From Eledone cirrhosa (taxonomy: Eukaryota), in the NCBI GenBank assembly GCA_964016885.1, contig OZ024741.1, positions 35,154,001 to 35,218,000 of the forward strand: a stretch of DNA of 64,000 bases. The letters are read 5' to 3'. Below are positions 1 through 11,803 of the stretch, piece after piece (position 1 is the first letter of the stretch; every line of letters begins with the position of its first letter). Position numbers and translations under genes: made by a program. The notes below the pieces were generated by a model that was not told the origin of the DNA, searched no databases, and worked only from the letters and a program-made list of their open reading frames with translations.

Positions 1-250
1 CACTTTTCTAAAAAAAAAATATCATACACAAAACGCCAGCATCAACAGTTTTGTAAGAGATGTCAACATGAATCGATCTGTCATATTTTCTAAAAACATT
101 TTTTCCAATTCTATCTAATTTCTCATTCTTTCTTCTAATGAAGGACTAACGTCAGAAACGTTGAGGCCCTCTTCCTGCTATTTCAAGTGTTAACCAAATA
201 TATTCCTTCCGTATACTGTACTGATTGTGTTGTTATTTCTGTTTACCTTT
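1..250 (+). mobile_element. Second copy of the 24.2-24.5 kb repeat, with a mutated hammerhead core
   Basis: CTT-CTAATGA-AGGAC(TAAC)GTCA-GAAACGTT-GAG at 132-165; flanks homologous to 24200-24466. Confidence 0.6.
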
Positions 251-269
251 TACATGCATACATACATAT

Positions 270-690
270 CACCTTCAGATTTATTCCTGTGATTATTGGG
301 GCACTGGGGTATGTTAGTAACTGCCTCAATACAAATCTTTAGAAGCTAGGCTTCACAGGAACAGAAAGAACACAACTAGTTAGGAAATTACAAGTACAAT
401 CCATTAATGGAACAGTAAATATATGTAAAACATTCCAGAAATGTTGCATCTAATAACTGCATATAGACATGTACAGATGCAAATCATATACACATGCACA
501 CATACAACTCAAAACATCCACATCCACACATACAATAACATCCATATCTACACATGCATGCATACATACATGCATACATATCTACCTACTTGATGTTGTG
601 TAAATTCCAATGAGAGAGTCTTGTGTCTATGTTGGAAACCAACTCTCTCTCTATTGGTAAAACTTTGTGAAATTATAAAACCAGAAGAAC
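270..690 (+). mobile_element. 3' remnant of an R4/Dong-like (RLE) non-LTR element
   Basis: TFRFIPVIIGALGYV...LQVQSINGTVNICKTF with an internal stop; IPVIIGALG is typical of RLE C-termini. Confidence 0.6.
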
Positions 691-1330
691 ATACATACAT
701 ACATACATGGTGGCTGCCAACTCGTTTTCGAGTACGGCCACTACTTTATATCCATGTAGGAGAACCCCTACTGATGCGCTGAACGAGTGTGACTTCTTAG
801 TCCAGCCAGCGACTTGAAAACTCTGGTACAAACACTACACTTGTGACAATTATTGACACATAGTGCTGGGCCCATGGTACCATGTGACGACAAGTGCAGA
901 GAGATCTCCAGATATAAAGCAATGCCTGTGCCGTGAAGCTTTTATAGTGAGCAAAGGCACTGCACAAAGCCAGTCCCACTCTCTTAACCAAGATGATATT
1001 TACCAAAAAGAAGAACAAGTCAACATCATTGGATACCATCAGGGTTGCAGGTGTTATATCAGAGTTTTCCTTCTCCTAGAATTCTGCCTTGACAAAGGCT
1101 AAGGGGTCATCTCTCCCGGTGATTTTGGATGGCCATTGACTCTTAGGAGCTCCTTTGCCCTTTGACAGGTTTTGTTTTTAGTCCTGCAGGATGTCCAAAG
1201 TCACCCTCCTCACCAAGAAACCTTGGTGGGGTTGCCAGTTTAGTGGCCAACGACCCGACCATGGGATAGGTTGTACTGGGATACATGTTACCAGTAGCAC
1301 CAATTGGTGACCTGACATACATTGGTGACC

Positions 1331-1431
1331 TGACATACATACATACATACATACATACATACATACATACATACATACATACATACATACATACATACAT
1401 ACATACATACATACATACATACATACATACA
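1331..1431. repeat. (CATA)n microsatellite
   Basis: Direct reading. Confidence 0.95.
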
Positions 1432-1737
1432 TTCTTATATAAAATGTTAGATAAAAATAAACACATCAAAATAAATAGTTTTATATTGTAGAACCAAGTA
1501 CAGTTTCAGGCAGTTTGGTATCAAAAGTGGCCAATGAAAGTATTCGCCAACATTGATGTTTGAGATGGGCACAAAGCTATATATTTTGGTGGATAGATTA
1601 GATGTCGCCCCATCAATGTTGGTGAATACTTTCATTGGCCACGTTTGATACCAAACTGCCCGAAACTGTAATTGGTTCTACAATATAAAACTATTTATTT
1701 TGATGTGTTTATTTTTATCTAAAATTTTATATAAGAA
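1432..1737. repeat. Long inverted repeat (~127-bp arms, 52-bp spacer)
   Basis: 1432-1558 is the near-perfect reverse complement of 1611-1737. Confidence 0.85.
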
Positions 1738-1944
1738 CTTTTATTACAATTTTATAAAAGCACCTTTGTTTAGTTATGTTTCAAACACCAGCTTAATAAT
1801 GATAAAGTTAGTTATATTACTAAATCTCTTCAAATTCTTTATTATTTTCAAAATGATATGAAAGTTTTAGTCAGTCCTGCTCAAGAATCCTCAGTCGGAT
1901 AAAACAATATTTGGCAGAAATCCCTACTTTAATATTATTAGTTA

Positions 1945-2285
1945 AATTTTACGGCCCTTTATGTTCTGAGTTCAAATCCCGCCGAGGTTAGCTTTGTCTT
2001 TCATCCTTAAGGAGTCAATAAAATACAGGATTAGTAATGCACTGGGGTCGATTTAAACGACTTTGCCCTCCCCACCAAAAATTGTTGGCCTTGTGCCTAA
2101 ATCGGCAGTATCGGTAGAGGGTCGGACGCCATGCTTTGACGCATAGAGTTACGGCCCTTGCCACTCTGAGTTCAAATCCCGCCGAGGCTAACTTTGCCTT
2201 TCGTCCTTACAGGGTCGATAAAATAAAGTACCAGTAATTTACTGGGTAATTGCTGGCCTTGTGCCAAAAGTAGAAACAATTATTA
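1945..2285 (+). mobile_element. Two tandem Deu/Nin-core SINE copies
   Basis: Same B-box and core as the 18-kb cluster. Confidence 0.8.
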
Positions 2286-2874
2286 GTTGAATTATTTTTG
2301 GAAGGAGAGGTTGAGTCCGTTGAATCAACCTCAGTTCCTAACTGGTGCTTATTTTATCGAGTGGCGAAGACATGACTGAGTAGTTAAGATGTCCGTTTCG
2401 CAATTATGAAGCCCTTCGTTCGATACCATTGCATAGCATCTTGAGCATGTGTCTTTACCATAGCCTCGGGTCGACCCAAGTCTTGTGAGTAAAATTAGCG
2501 TCATGGAAACTGTTTGAAAGCCTGTCCGATGGATTGAACCATAATTCAAATGTCCACTTTTGTCACATATGGTGACACACTGATTCGGCTTAAGAATTAA
2601 GTTGTGTACACATGTCTGTAGACTACGGAATACGCAACCACTTAGATGTTAATTCAGGAATTGGACATTCAGTTGATTGAACAGCTGAATGCTCAACGTC
2701 GAAACCCACGGAGGACCAATAATTTTAGTGACCCCCCCCCCCTCCTCTGTAAAGTAAAGAGTTAGAGTTGAATACGGAACTATGGGTTTGAAGTTCTAAT
2801 GAAACAAAATATAACAAAATTTCGACTGGCACTCGACCAATTCTGCTGCCACCCACAGTTCCATCTCCGCCCTC

Positions 2875-2914
<40 letters not shown>

Positions 2915-3206
2915 CATCTCTATAATATTAACGCTGGAAATATCTCCCAGTGCCGGCTCCTTTTAAACTCGTAGCTTCCAGGCGACCTACCACAGGCTGA
3001 GGTTATAAAGCACAGAAAAAATATACCAGAACAGCAGGAACAAAAATACGACGGACCTTATCACACTTCCCATACATAAACCTCGCCCAAGAGAGATATA
3101 TGTTTTATGGCGGGGCGGGGGAGTTAAGGCTTTTACAAGGAATCAAAGGATACGTACATACGTACTTACATTCACACACATATATATATATATATATGTG
3201 TATATG

Positions 3207-3268
<62 letters not shown>

Positions 3269-3894
3269 TGTATATACACATATATATATATGTATGTATG
3301 TATCTGTGTGTGTGTGTTTTACCAAAGATTCTTTTGATAACTTTATGATGATACGGCTTATAATTACACTTAGCATCCAACTTTGATCTTATTAAAATAA
3401 AATGTCAGATGTCTCCCTTGAAGACATAACCTTTATTTAAGAACATATGTACCGTAATTTACACTCGGTTGCCAACGTCTTGTTTGGTCTAAAAACTCAA
3501 GGACGTTGTACTATATGCCATGAAATGTTCAATCATATGTAGTTTTGCGGGGGATGTAATAGAGTGAAGAGGATAGAGGTGGAACCTTTTTTATACGTTT
3601 TGGTTTTTATTTGTTTTGTTTATATATTTATTGGTATTTTTTTTTTTTATACGGTTTAGAATAGTGTTGTTTTCAACATACACGGTCGAAAAAATATTTT
3701 TATTTTTTTAATTAGAAAAAAAGCTGTAAAACTCGTAACGCCCTTTTCCACATGAAACCGTATCACCTAGTGTAAGGGAGGCAACTCTAACGTCTACCAC
3801 TACCATTCTTTTCTCAACTTCCAGTAAACCTGGTATTATGTTTCCTCCAATACATCGATACTTTTATATAAGGGTCTTTAACATACGTGGGTGA

Positions 3895-4530
3895 GGGAAG
3901 TGAAATGGTAGTGGAGTGGCAGTGGAGTGGTGGAGGAATGGCAGTGAAATGATGGTGGAGTGGCCGTGAAGTGGTGGTGGTAGTGGAGTGGCAGTGAAGT
4001 GGTAGTGGAGTGGCAGTGAAATGATGGGGAAGTGGTGGTGGTAGTGGAGTGGCAGTGAAGTGGTAATGGAGTGGCAGTGAAATGATGGTGGAGTGGCAGT
4101 GAAGTGGTGGTGGTAGTGGAGTGGCAGTGAAGTGGTAGTGGAGTGGCAGTGAAATGATGGTGGAGTGGCAGTGAAGTGGTGGCGGTAGTGGAGTGGCAGT
4201 GAAGTGGTAGTGGAGTGGCAGTGAAATGATGGTGGAGTGGCAGTGAAGTGGTGGCGGTAGTGGAGTGGCAGTGAAGTGGTAGTGGAGTGGCAGTGAAATG
4301 ATGGTGGTAGACTGGCAGGGAAGTGATGGTGGTGGAGTGGCAGTGAAGTGGTGGTGGTAGTGGCAGTGAAGTGATGGTGGTAGAGTGGCAGGGAAGTGAT
4401 GGTGGTAGAGTGGCAGTGAAGTGGTAGTGGAATGGCAGTGAAGTGATGGTGGTAGAATGGCAGTGAAGTGTTGGTGGTAGAATAGCAGTGAAGTGTTGGT
4501 GGTAGAGTGGCAGTGAAGTGGTGGTGTAAG
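3895..4530 (+). repeat. G-rich minisatellite based on GTGGAGTGGCAGTGAA
   Basis: ~21-27-bp degenerate units with a higher-order period near 72 bp. Confidence 0.9.
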
Positions 4531-5904
4531 GGCAAAAACAATAAAACGACCTCAGTTAAACTCACCCACCTCATATCCGATGTTATTCCAAAAGATAATG
4601 AGTTTAGTCAACGGTGTATAAAATAGGTTAACCTTTATCCTGAAGATATTTATTACGATGAATTATTCAATCAATATAAACAATTCAAACACGACATTCT
4701 CCATAACGAATACTGCAGACATATTCTAGACATACGTATAGCAAATCATTTCAGCTTGTTTGAAATCTGAATTTCCCAATGTTGAAATCCTTTTCCAAAT
4801 ATTTATGTGAATGAGGCAGACCTACCAATCTCTAAAAATCCAAATGGGGAGAACAACGAACAAAAAGTGCCCGAAAATGGGGAGAAATAAGGCAAAATGG
4901 GAAGATTTTACATAATGGAAGCTATACACATTTTCACAAAAACCGAGAGACATGGAAAATGAGCCAAAACGAGGAGATCTCCCCGTCGGACGGGAATAGT
5001 TGACAGGTTTAATGACGGTCACTAATTGTACTGGGGAGCGAAAATTTACAAAAAATCATCTTTGCAGCACAATGAGACAGTATCAGTTGAATTCACTTTA
5101 TGGGCTCAATTTTTGGACTGGATGGTACGTTGTTTCTTGAACAAAACATTTCAACTTACGTTGAAAACTAGTACCAGCCGAAGGTTGGGGTTTATCTTTG
5201 CGATAGACTGGCGTCTTGACCAGAGAGTGGATATAATATTGTACAGTCAGTCACTTAACGTCGATGAAACCTGAATAGTCATCGACCTGATGAGCCGCCG
5301 GGCTTGGGACATACTTCTAACTTTAATATACATTGAAAGAGACACACTCTACAGACTTTCAACCGATTGTAAAGCAATTTTCTGCAATGAAGTGCCGCAA
5401 ATTATCTAATGTTGAAAAACTTAATTTCATTATATTAGAGGCGAGATATACGAGATGCCCCAGAGCACTGCTTTGTCCGGGGTCCTCGAATATATTTAAG
5501 GCAATGTTGCCTATATCACTAATATGGATTTTTAATTTAGGCACAAAAACCAACAAATTTAAAGAAAGAACAAAGTTGATTAAATAAACCCCATTACTTG
5601 ACTGATATTTTATTTTATTGACTCCGGAAGGATAAAAGTCAAAGTTGACCTCAGCAGGATTTTAACTCAGAATGTAAAGAGCCAGAACAAATCCCAAATA
5701 TCCGATGCTCTACCAATTCTGTCAATCCACTAATATTTCTAACGTAACCGTGTCAATGTATCTATTCAGGTTACTTCAACCACAAGAAAAATAACTACCT
5801 CACAAGGGCCAATCAGAACCGTCAGAACATCTTCCAATGAATGAAATGGACTTAACGTCTGCCTGCTTCATACTTTTATCATATTCGACTTCCCAGGAGA
5901 ATTA

Positions 5905-8082
5905 CACTGGGCATTATTTCTGGTGCCTGGAATATTTCAACGAATTCTTAAGTGGTTTTGCCTGCTAAATTAAAAAAAAACTTCAGTTTTTCTCCATCAG
6001 GTCTAGTTTTCTGACTAGACCTGATAGAGTAAGTATTTATTCATACAAGAGGCATATAATATGAATCAATAAAGAGAGCGTAACACAAAAACAAAACAAA
6101 GTACAAATAAAAATTCAAAATTGAAAATGCACATTGGCAAAGATTTTTGGCAGAAAATTCAAGGAATAAATTTACGCTTCTTTGTGCACCGTGAATGTTG
6201 AACAACAGGAGTATCTCGTTTTAAACACCAGTAATAGTCTGCCATCATCACAGCGTCCCAACGTCCTTGATACCGAGTTTCCATCTCCTGAGGGAATTGT
6301 TCGCCTTGTTCATCGCTAACATCTCCGAGATTTTCAGGAAAACGATCAAGATGACTAAAAAAAATAATGCACTTTGATGCTCATATTCGCGCCAATATCA
6401 CGAAAAGTTGATATCAAGTTGGTAACAAGGTCTTTATAGTTTTCACTTTTGTGTTTCCCAAGGAAATTTTTCACTACTTCTGCAAAGGCTAGCCAAGCTG
6501 ATGCTTCGTTTTCGCTCATCGTTTTCACGAAATCCTTCAAGAGCTTACGGATCTGTGGTTCATCAAAAATCCCTGCTTTAAGTTTTTCAATCGTCAAGTC
6601 TGGAAATATACTGCAGATATACTTGAAGCACTCCCCATTTTTGTCAAGAGCTTTGACGAATTGCTTGATCAATCCGAGTTTGATGTGCAAAGGGGGGGAA
6701 ATGATCTAATCTCGCTCAACTAAAGGTTCTTCCAATATATTGAGAGCTCTACATGGAGCCATATGTGTTCGAGGCGGCCAGTCTTTCTTAACATAGTGGT
6801 TTACTCGGTCTCTACTGTCCCACATCCAAAGAAAGCATGGGTATTTGATAAACCAGATTGCTGTCCCATGAGAAAATTCACCATCTTTAGGTCAACGCAG
6901 ATGACCCATTTATGATCATGATACAGTATCCTCTCTAAAACCAACTCAATTTCTTCATATTTTCCCTTCAGAGTTGTTGAGTTGCTGAGTGGGACAGAGC
7001 CATATACATTTCCGTAGTGCAACAATACATATTTTAAACTAAGTTTAGAGCTGTCTATGAAAAGACGCCATTCCTCTGGTTTGTATTCCTCAATGCCAAG
7101 TTTATTAAGAAGCCCACTGACATCTCTGCAGTAAATCAGCTCTTCATCTTTTGTGTGAGAAAGAAAAGAAATCTTCATACCGACTCCAATAAAAGGTTAT
7201 ACAGACACCATTCTCTAGAAGATTCTTCTCTTTCAGTTGGAAAGCCAACAGTTCTGCAAACATTTTTGGGAGGGTCAAGTCACCGACTAGATCATTCAGC
7301 TCTACCTGGGAGAATAGCTGAGGTAAAGTCTCAACTGAAAAGTCTTGATCTCTCGTCTCATCTTCAGGTGATGAATCTTCTTTGGTTAAAGGTAAAGTTA
7401 TCTGAGGCAAGACATTGAAGACAGGAACAGGAAGCTTTTCACTGTGTGGAACCGGTCTAATAGCAGAGGCAAGATTAGGATAGACAAGCGTTTGTCGATT
7501 TTTCCGTTTAATACCCTTCAAATTTAGGTTACAAAAATAGCAGCCGTCCACGTAATTATAGGGCTCCCTCCATACCATTGGTATAGCAAACCTCATACTT
7601 TTGCTTGTCCCTTTAGTCCATTGTTGCAAATGTTCTGTACATTGTTTGCAGACACTATGCGGTGCCCAATATTTATCTTGGTCTTCAGCTTGACCCCAAA
7701 ATATGCCATATACGCTCTTTCAACAAAATCAGTGATGTTTTTTTTCGATTTTCAGGTAATGTGTATTCTCCACAAACATAACAAAACACATTTGGAGAAT
7801 TAACACAACACTTTCTTGAAGAGGACATCTTGCTCATTTTCTATTGCTTAGTTCACCACAACATCTAAAAAATATGGAAAAAGAAAAAAAATTTAGAATT
7901 AGAATAAAGTAACGAACACTGCGTACTGGACGTACCCACATACATAGTGACTATAGGGATGTTCAATAAGTTAAAAACTAGATCTGATAGGTAAAAAAGA
8001 AGGTTATATTTGGATTCAGGAGACAGGTTTTGTATAGGAATGATGTCTATTTCCTAAACACCAAAAACCTTGTAGACCAGTG
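5905..8082 (-). mobile_element. Chapaev3-like (CMC superfamily) DNA transposon, full length, decayed
   Basis: Termini CACTGG...CCAGTG flanked by a 3-bp TTA duplication (5902-5904, 8083-8085); subterminal inverted motif ATCAG(G/A)TCTAGTTTT near both ends; internal transposase remnant. Confidence 0.85.
6159..7837 (-). pseudogene. Frameshifted Chapaev3/CMC transposase
   Basis: Fragments in different frames: SSRKCCVNSPNVFCYVCGEY, MVWREP...CYFC, WRLFIDSS, ICVDLKMV, LHIKLGLIKQFVKAL, KVHYFF-SHLD...SDEQGE; several indels and stops. Confidence 0.85.
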
Positions 8083-9159
8083 TTATCAATCGACGTTGGT
8101 CCTGCGTTCACATCAACAATAACCCCAGAGAATATTGTTAATGTGAACAATACGTACATCATCATCTCTCCTCTATAGCTTTTCGTTTTACTTCTTTAGT
8201 TCCATTTACTCCCTATAGAACATTGAGCCACGTGAGATCCCCATTCCGCACGATTGCAAGTCCTGTTCCTAGGCCGGAATCTGCTAGTCGTTTCTGTAGC
8301 AATTTTGATTAATGGGGGCAAGGTTGCTAGCTTCGTACTCAATCCATCTTCCTTTCTCCAAGAAGCTGAAAACTAACCTAACGCTTCAAAGTGTTGGGGA
8401 AGGGGCTCCGTAACTCTGGGTAGAGGCCAGTTTTAGGTATTGTCAGCCAGAGCCAGCCGAGCCTGGGACTTAAACCGCTCCACACTATTTTCAAAGTAAC
8501 AATAGATAACGCTACATCCAAAACTGAAATAACGTTTCTTTAGATCGTTTAACTCTACTTTGAAAGAGACCGTATACATGCACACACACACATACACACA
8601 TACACACACACACACACACACACATGCACATATATGCACACACGTACACATATGCACATATACACATATGTGTGTCCCTACGTGCACTCGTACACACACA
8701 CACATATATATATGCACATAGTTGTACATACATGTCCAGGCAAGAATTGATGTAAAAATAGTGAACTACAGACTTAATGGTGATAATAACAGTGATTAAT
8801 TTCAATATGTAATACTAAAATATTGTAACATACCTAATGGGAGTACTTATTTTCCTCGAAGGGGTAGCTTCAATGAGGTCGCTCGTCCTGCTACAAATAT
8901 CAACCAAAATCCCCTTATACAACTTCTTACTATCTTTAAAAAAAGGGAAACAAAACATTGGCTATTGTTTTATTTCCTAGTAAATTGTTTTAAAATAAAA
9001 TGGATGAAATGGTTTAATTATCGGTCAATTTCATCAGGGCTGACTTCTCCCACAATGAAGGCACACATCTCACAATATTTGTCACTTGACCTCAAGAGTC
9101 CAAGAAGAGTCTCTTGTCATAGACACATGAAATATGTTGAACGATAGTCCATATGACGT

Positions 9160-9342
9160 TGGCAGTATCAGTAGAGGGTCTGACGCCATGCTTTGCAGCA
9201 AAGAGTTACTTCCCTTTATGGTCTGAGTTCAAATCCCGCCGAGGTTAACTTTGCCTTTCATCCTTACGGGGTCGATAAAATAAGGTACCAGTAATACACT
9301 GTGATAATTGCTGGCCTTGTGCCAAAAGTAGAAACAATTATT
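9160..9342 (+). mobile_element. Deu/Nin-core SINE
   Basis: Full unit ending AGTAGAAACAATTATT. Confidence 0.8.
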
Positions 9343-9801
9343 ACACCAATTTTCGAGGCGGGGAGTTATGGAGTTCTCGGGCAGAGGAACTACAGAAAAT
9401 TACTATTTTACGAGGATTGTAAACGTTATATTCGTTCAAACTGGAAACCTGACCTGAGTGCTTCCAACAAAATAGACTCAGATAAAAGCACCCATGCACC
9501 ATGTGTGTGTGTGTAGAGGGAGAGGAGTTAAACCAAGCGACAGATTAAGTTTACCACTCAAACAGATCACAGCTGAGATTTGAACTCCGAATGTAAAGAG
9601 TCGGAACACATATTGAAAAGGCATCTCTTCAGAGCCCAAATAATTCCACAAATTCGAAGCCCAGGACTGTTACTTTATTTTATCAATCCCGAAAGAATGA
9701 AAAGACAAAGTTGACTTCGACGGGATTTGAACCCCGAACGCAAAACAGCGGGAATAAATAACACAACGCGTATATATATATATATATATATATACATATA
9801 T

Positions 9802-9847
<46 letters not shown>

Positions 9848-9851
<4 letters not shown>

Positions 9852-10035
9852 GTTTCTACTTTTGGCACAAGGCCATCAAATACCCAGTGCATTACTGGTA
9901 CTTTATTTTATCGACCCCGTTTGGATGAAAGGCAAAGTTAACCTCGGCGGGATTTGAACTCAGACCGCAAAGGGACGTAACTATGCTGGAAAGCATGGCG
10001 TCCGACCCTCTACCGATACTGCCAATCCACCGCCC
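9848..10035 (-). mobile_element. Deu/Nin-core SINE
   Basis: Reverse-complement full unit. Confidence 0.8.
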
Positions 10036-10572
10036 TATATATATATAGAATGTTTGTTTACATGTCTCGCTCGCTTCACCCTCATTTACGTGTCCCAATA
10101 ACTTTTTTTAGTTATTATTCGCACCAACCTCAGGTATAGCCAGTCACTCTCTCAGCTGGCCTCTTCCTCGCACTTTCACTCACTCACTCTCTGCTACTCC
10201 TCCTCTCTCACCTCCTCCCGTTTGACCTGCGTGAAATCCTTTTCTCACTCACATCTCACCCAGGTCGGATGGTCTTTATCTCTCGTCTATGATTTCACAG
10301 AACTTAAATTCATAGATATCACGGACTTGTCTCTTCTCTTCCTCTCTTTCCGTTGCATTACCATCTATGTTTGTTTACATGTCTTGCTCGCTTCACCCTA
10401 TTTTACGAGTCCCAATAACTTTCTTTAGTTATTGCTCGCACCAACCAGAGGTATATGATTTTTAAAGCGAAGAAATGCCAATGACGGTTGGAAGATCACT
10501 GATGAAGGACTAATTTTATTCATATATAACCCATTTGCAACCACGCAGCACGCCATTTTTCATATATATATA

Positions 10573-11298
10573 TTACTCTGGGGTCTTTCCTCATCTGGGT
10601 GCTCAAGCTACAGACCGATTATGCATACACGCTAGCTTGGCCGTATTCTAAAGCTTCGTCAATGCTGTACTAAAATTTATATTTACTCCTAGAATTAATG
10701 ATTAACTGATTAATTTAATTAGATGATTCTATTGATTGATTAATTGTTTAAGTTTGTTTGATAACTTCTGGTTGAGTGCTTTATTCGGTTTGTCTAAAGG
10801 GATTCATTCCTTTATCTCAAATTAGAATTCACCGCCTAAGCGGGGGTTACCTCCCTTGGAGTAAACCACGTGTCTGTGGCGACATTTAAAGCTACAACAT
10901 ACCCGCTCAGGCTAAGAACGAAAGACTTGCTGAAGAAGTAAATCCTATGTTCTGTCGTCAAAAACCATTATATTGCAGACTCCTGCAATAGGAATTTGTC
11001 GATCTTGGATTTGCAGAAACTTAGCGCTGATGTTGGATGCTATATATGTAAGTTATATATTTTGCACTCAGCCTCACCCCTATGTCCGGGTCAGTATAAA
11101 ATCTTTTCCTGGGTCCTGTATTTTCGTTGCTCTAGTGATGCGGCTGGACTGCCGACCGCTATATCTGATTTGCTAAGCTGTCTGAACGTAATGATATTAC
11201 TCTGGGGTCTTTCCTCATCTGAGTGCTCAAGCTACAGACCGATTATGCATATACGCTAGCTTGGCCGTATTCTAAAGCTTCGTCAATGCTGTATTAAA

Positions 11299-11305
<7 letters not shown>
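10573..11305. repeat. ~730-bp element bounded by ~110-bp direct repeats
   Basis: 10573-10682 matches 11197-11306; TA-rich flanks. Confidence 0.7.
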
Positions 11306-11329
<24 letters not shown>

Positions 11330-11667
11330 ACCAAATGTTAATAAGGTTCATTGATTACTCAATGAATATAGTTTTACAATAGATTCAAAGCACTCAACAA
11401 AGAAGTTTTCTGGAGTTATTAACATTATTCAAAATATTAATAAATGAAGACGTTCACATAATCAAAATATGTTCTATTATATATATTTCGGAGGTACTGT
11501 GCTGTTTTTTCAGTACGTCAAGACAGTTGAGGTATGTCGTACATCAATTTATGTATTTTATCTGATGAGGACGTACTGAAAAAACACCACAGTACCTCCG
11601 AAATATATATAATAAAACATATATTTTGATTATGTGAACGACTTCATTTATTAATATTTTGAATAAT
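11330..11667. mobile_element. Short hammerhead-bearing fold-back (PLE pseudo-LTR derivative)
   Basis: Inverted arms 11424-11519 / 11570-11667, (TA)n on both sides. Confidence 0.7.
11556..11617 (+). ncRNA. Minimal type I hammerhead ribozyme
   Basis: UUUUAU-CUGAUGA-GGAcGUACUG(loop)CAGUACcUCC-GAAA-UAUAU-AUA^-AUAAAA; stems I, II and III all pair. Confidence 0.8.
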
Positions 11668-11757
11668 ATATATATATATTTATATATATATATATATATA
11701 TTTATAAAAATTATAAAAAATAAACAAAGAGGCCTTCAATACATCAAACGTCTTTAT

Positions 11758-11803
11758 TAGCCAACAATGTTTCGTCCCATTAATAAGGACTCATCAGGGC
11801 AAG
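11758..11803 (-). ncRNA. Minimal hammerhead ribozyme (left arm of the PLE fold-back)
   Basis: GCC-CUGAUGA-GUCC(UUAUUAAUG)GGAC-GAAAC-AUU-GUU^-GGC. Confidence 0.72.

Noticed and set aside
3864-4574. 236-aa His/Thr/Pro-rich ORF
   Set aside because: Entirely the reverse complement of a minisatellite; no splice or homology support.
5260-5310. Hairpin followed by CTGATGA-GCC(GCCG)GGC, resembling a type III hammerhead
   Set aside because: No GAAA box after stem II and no NUH cleavage triplet before stem I.
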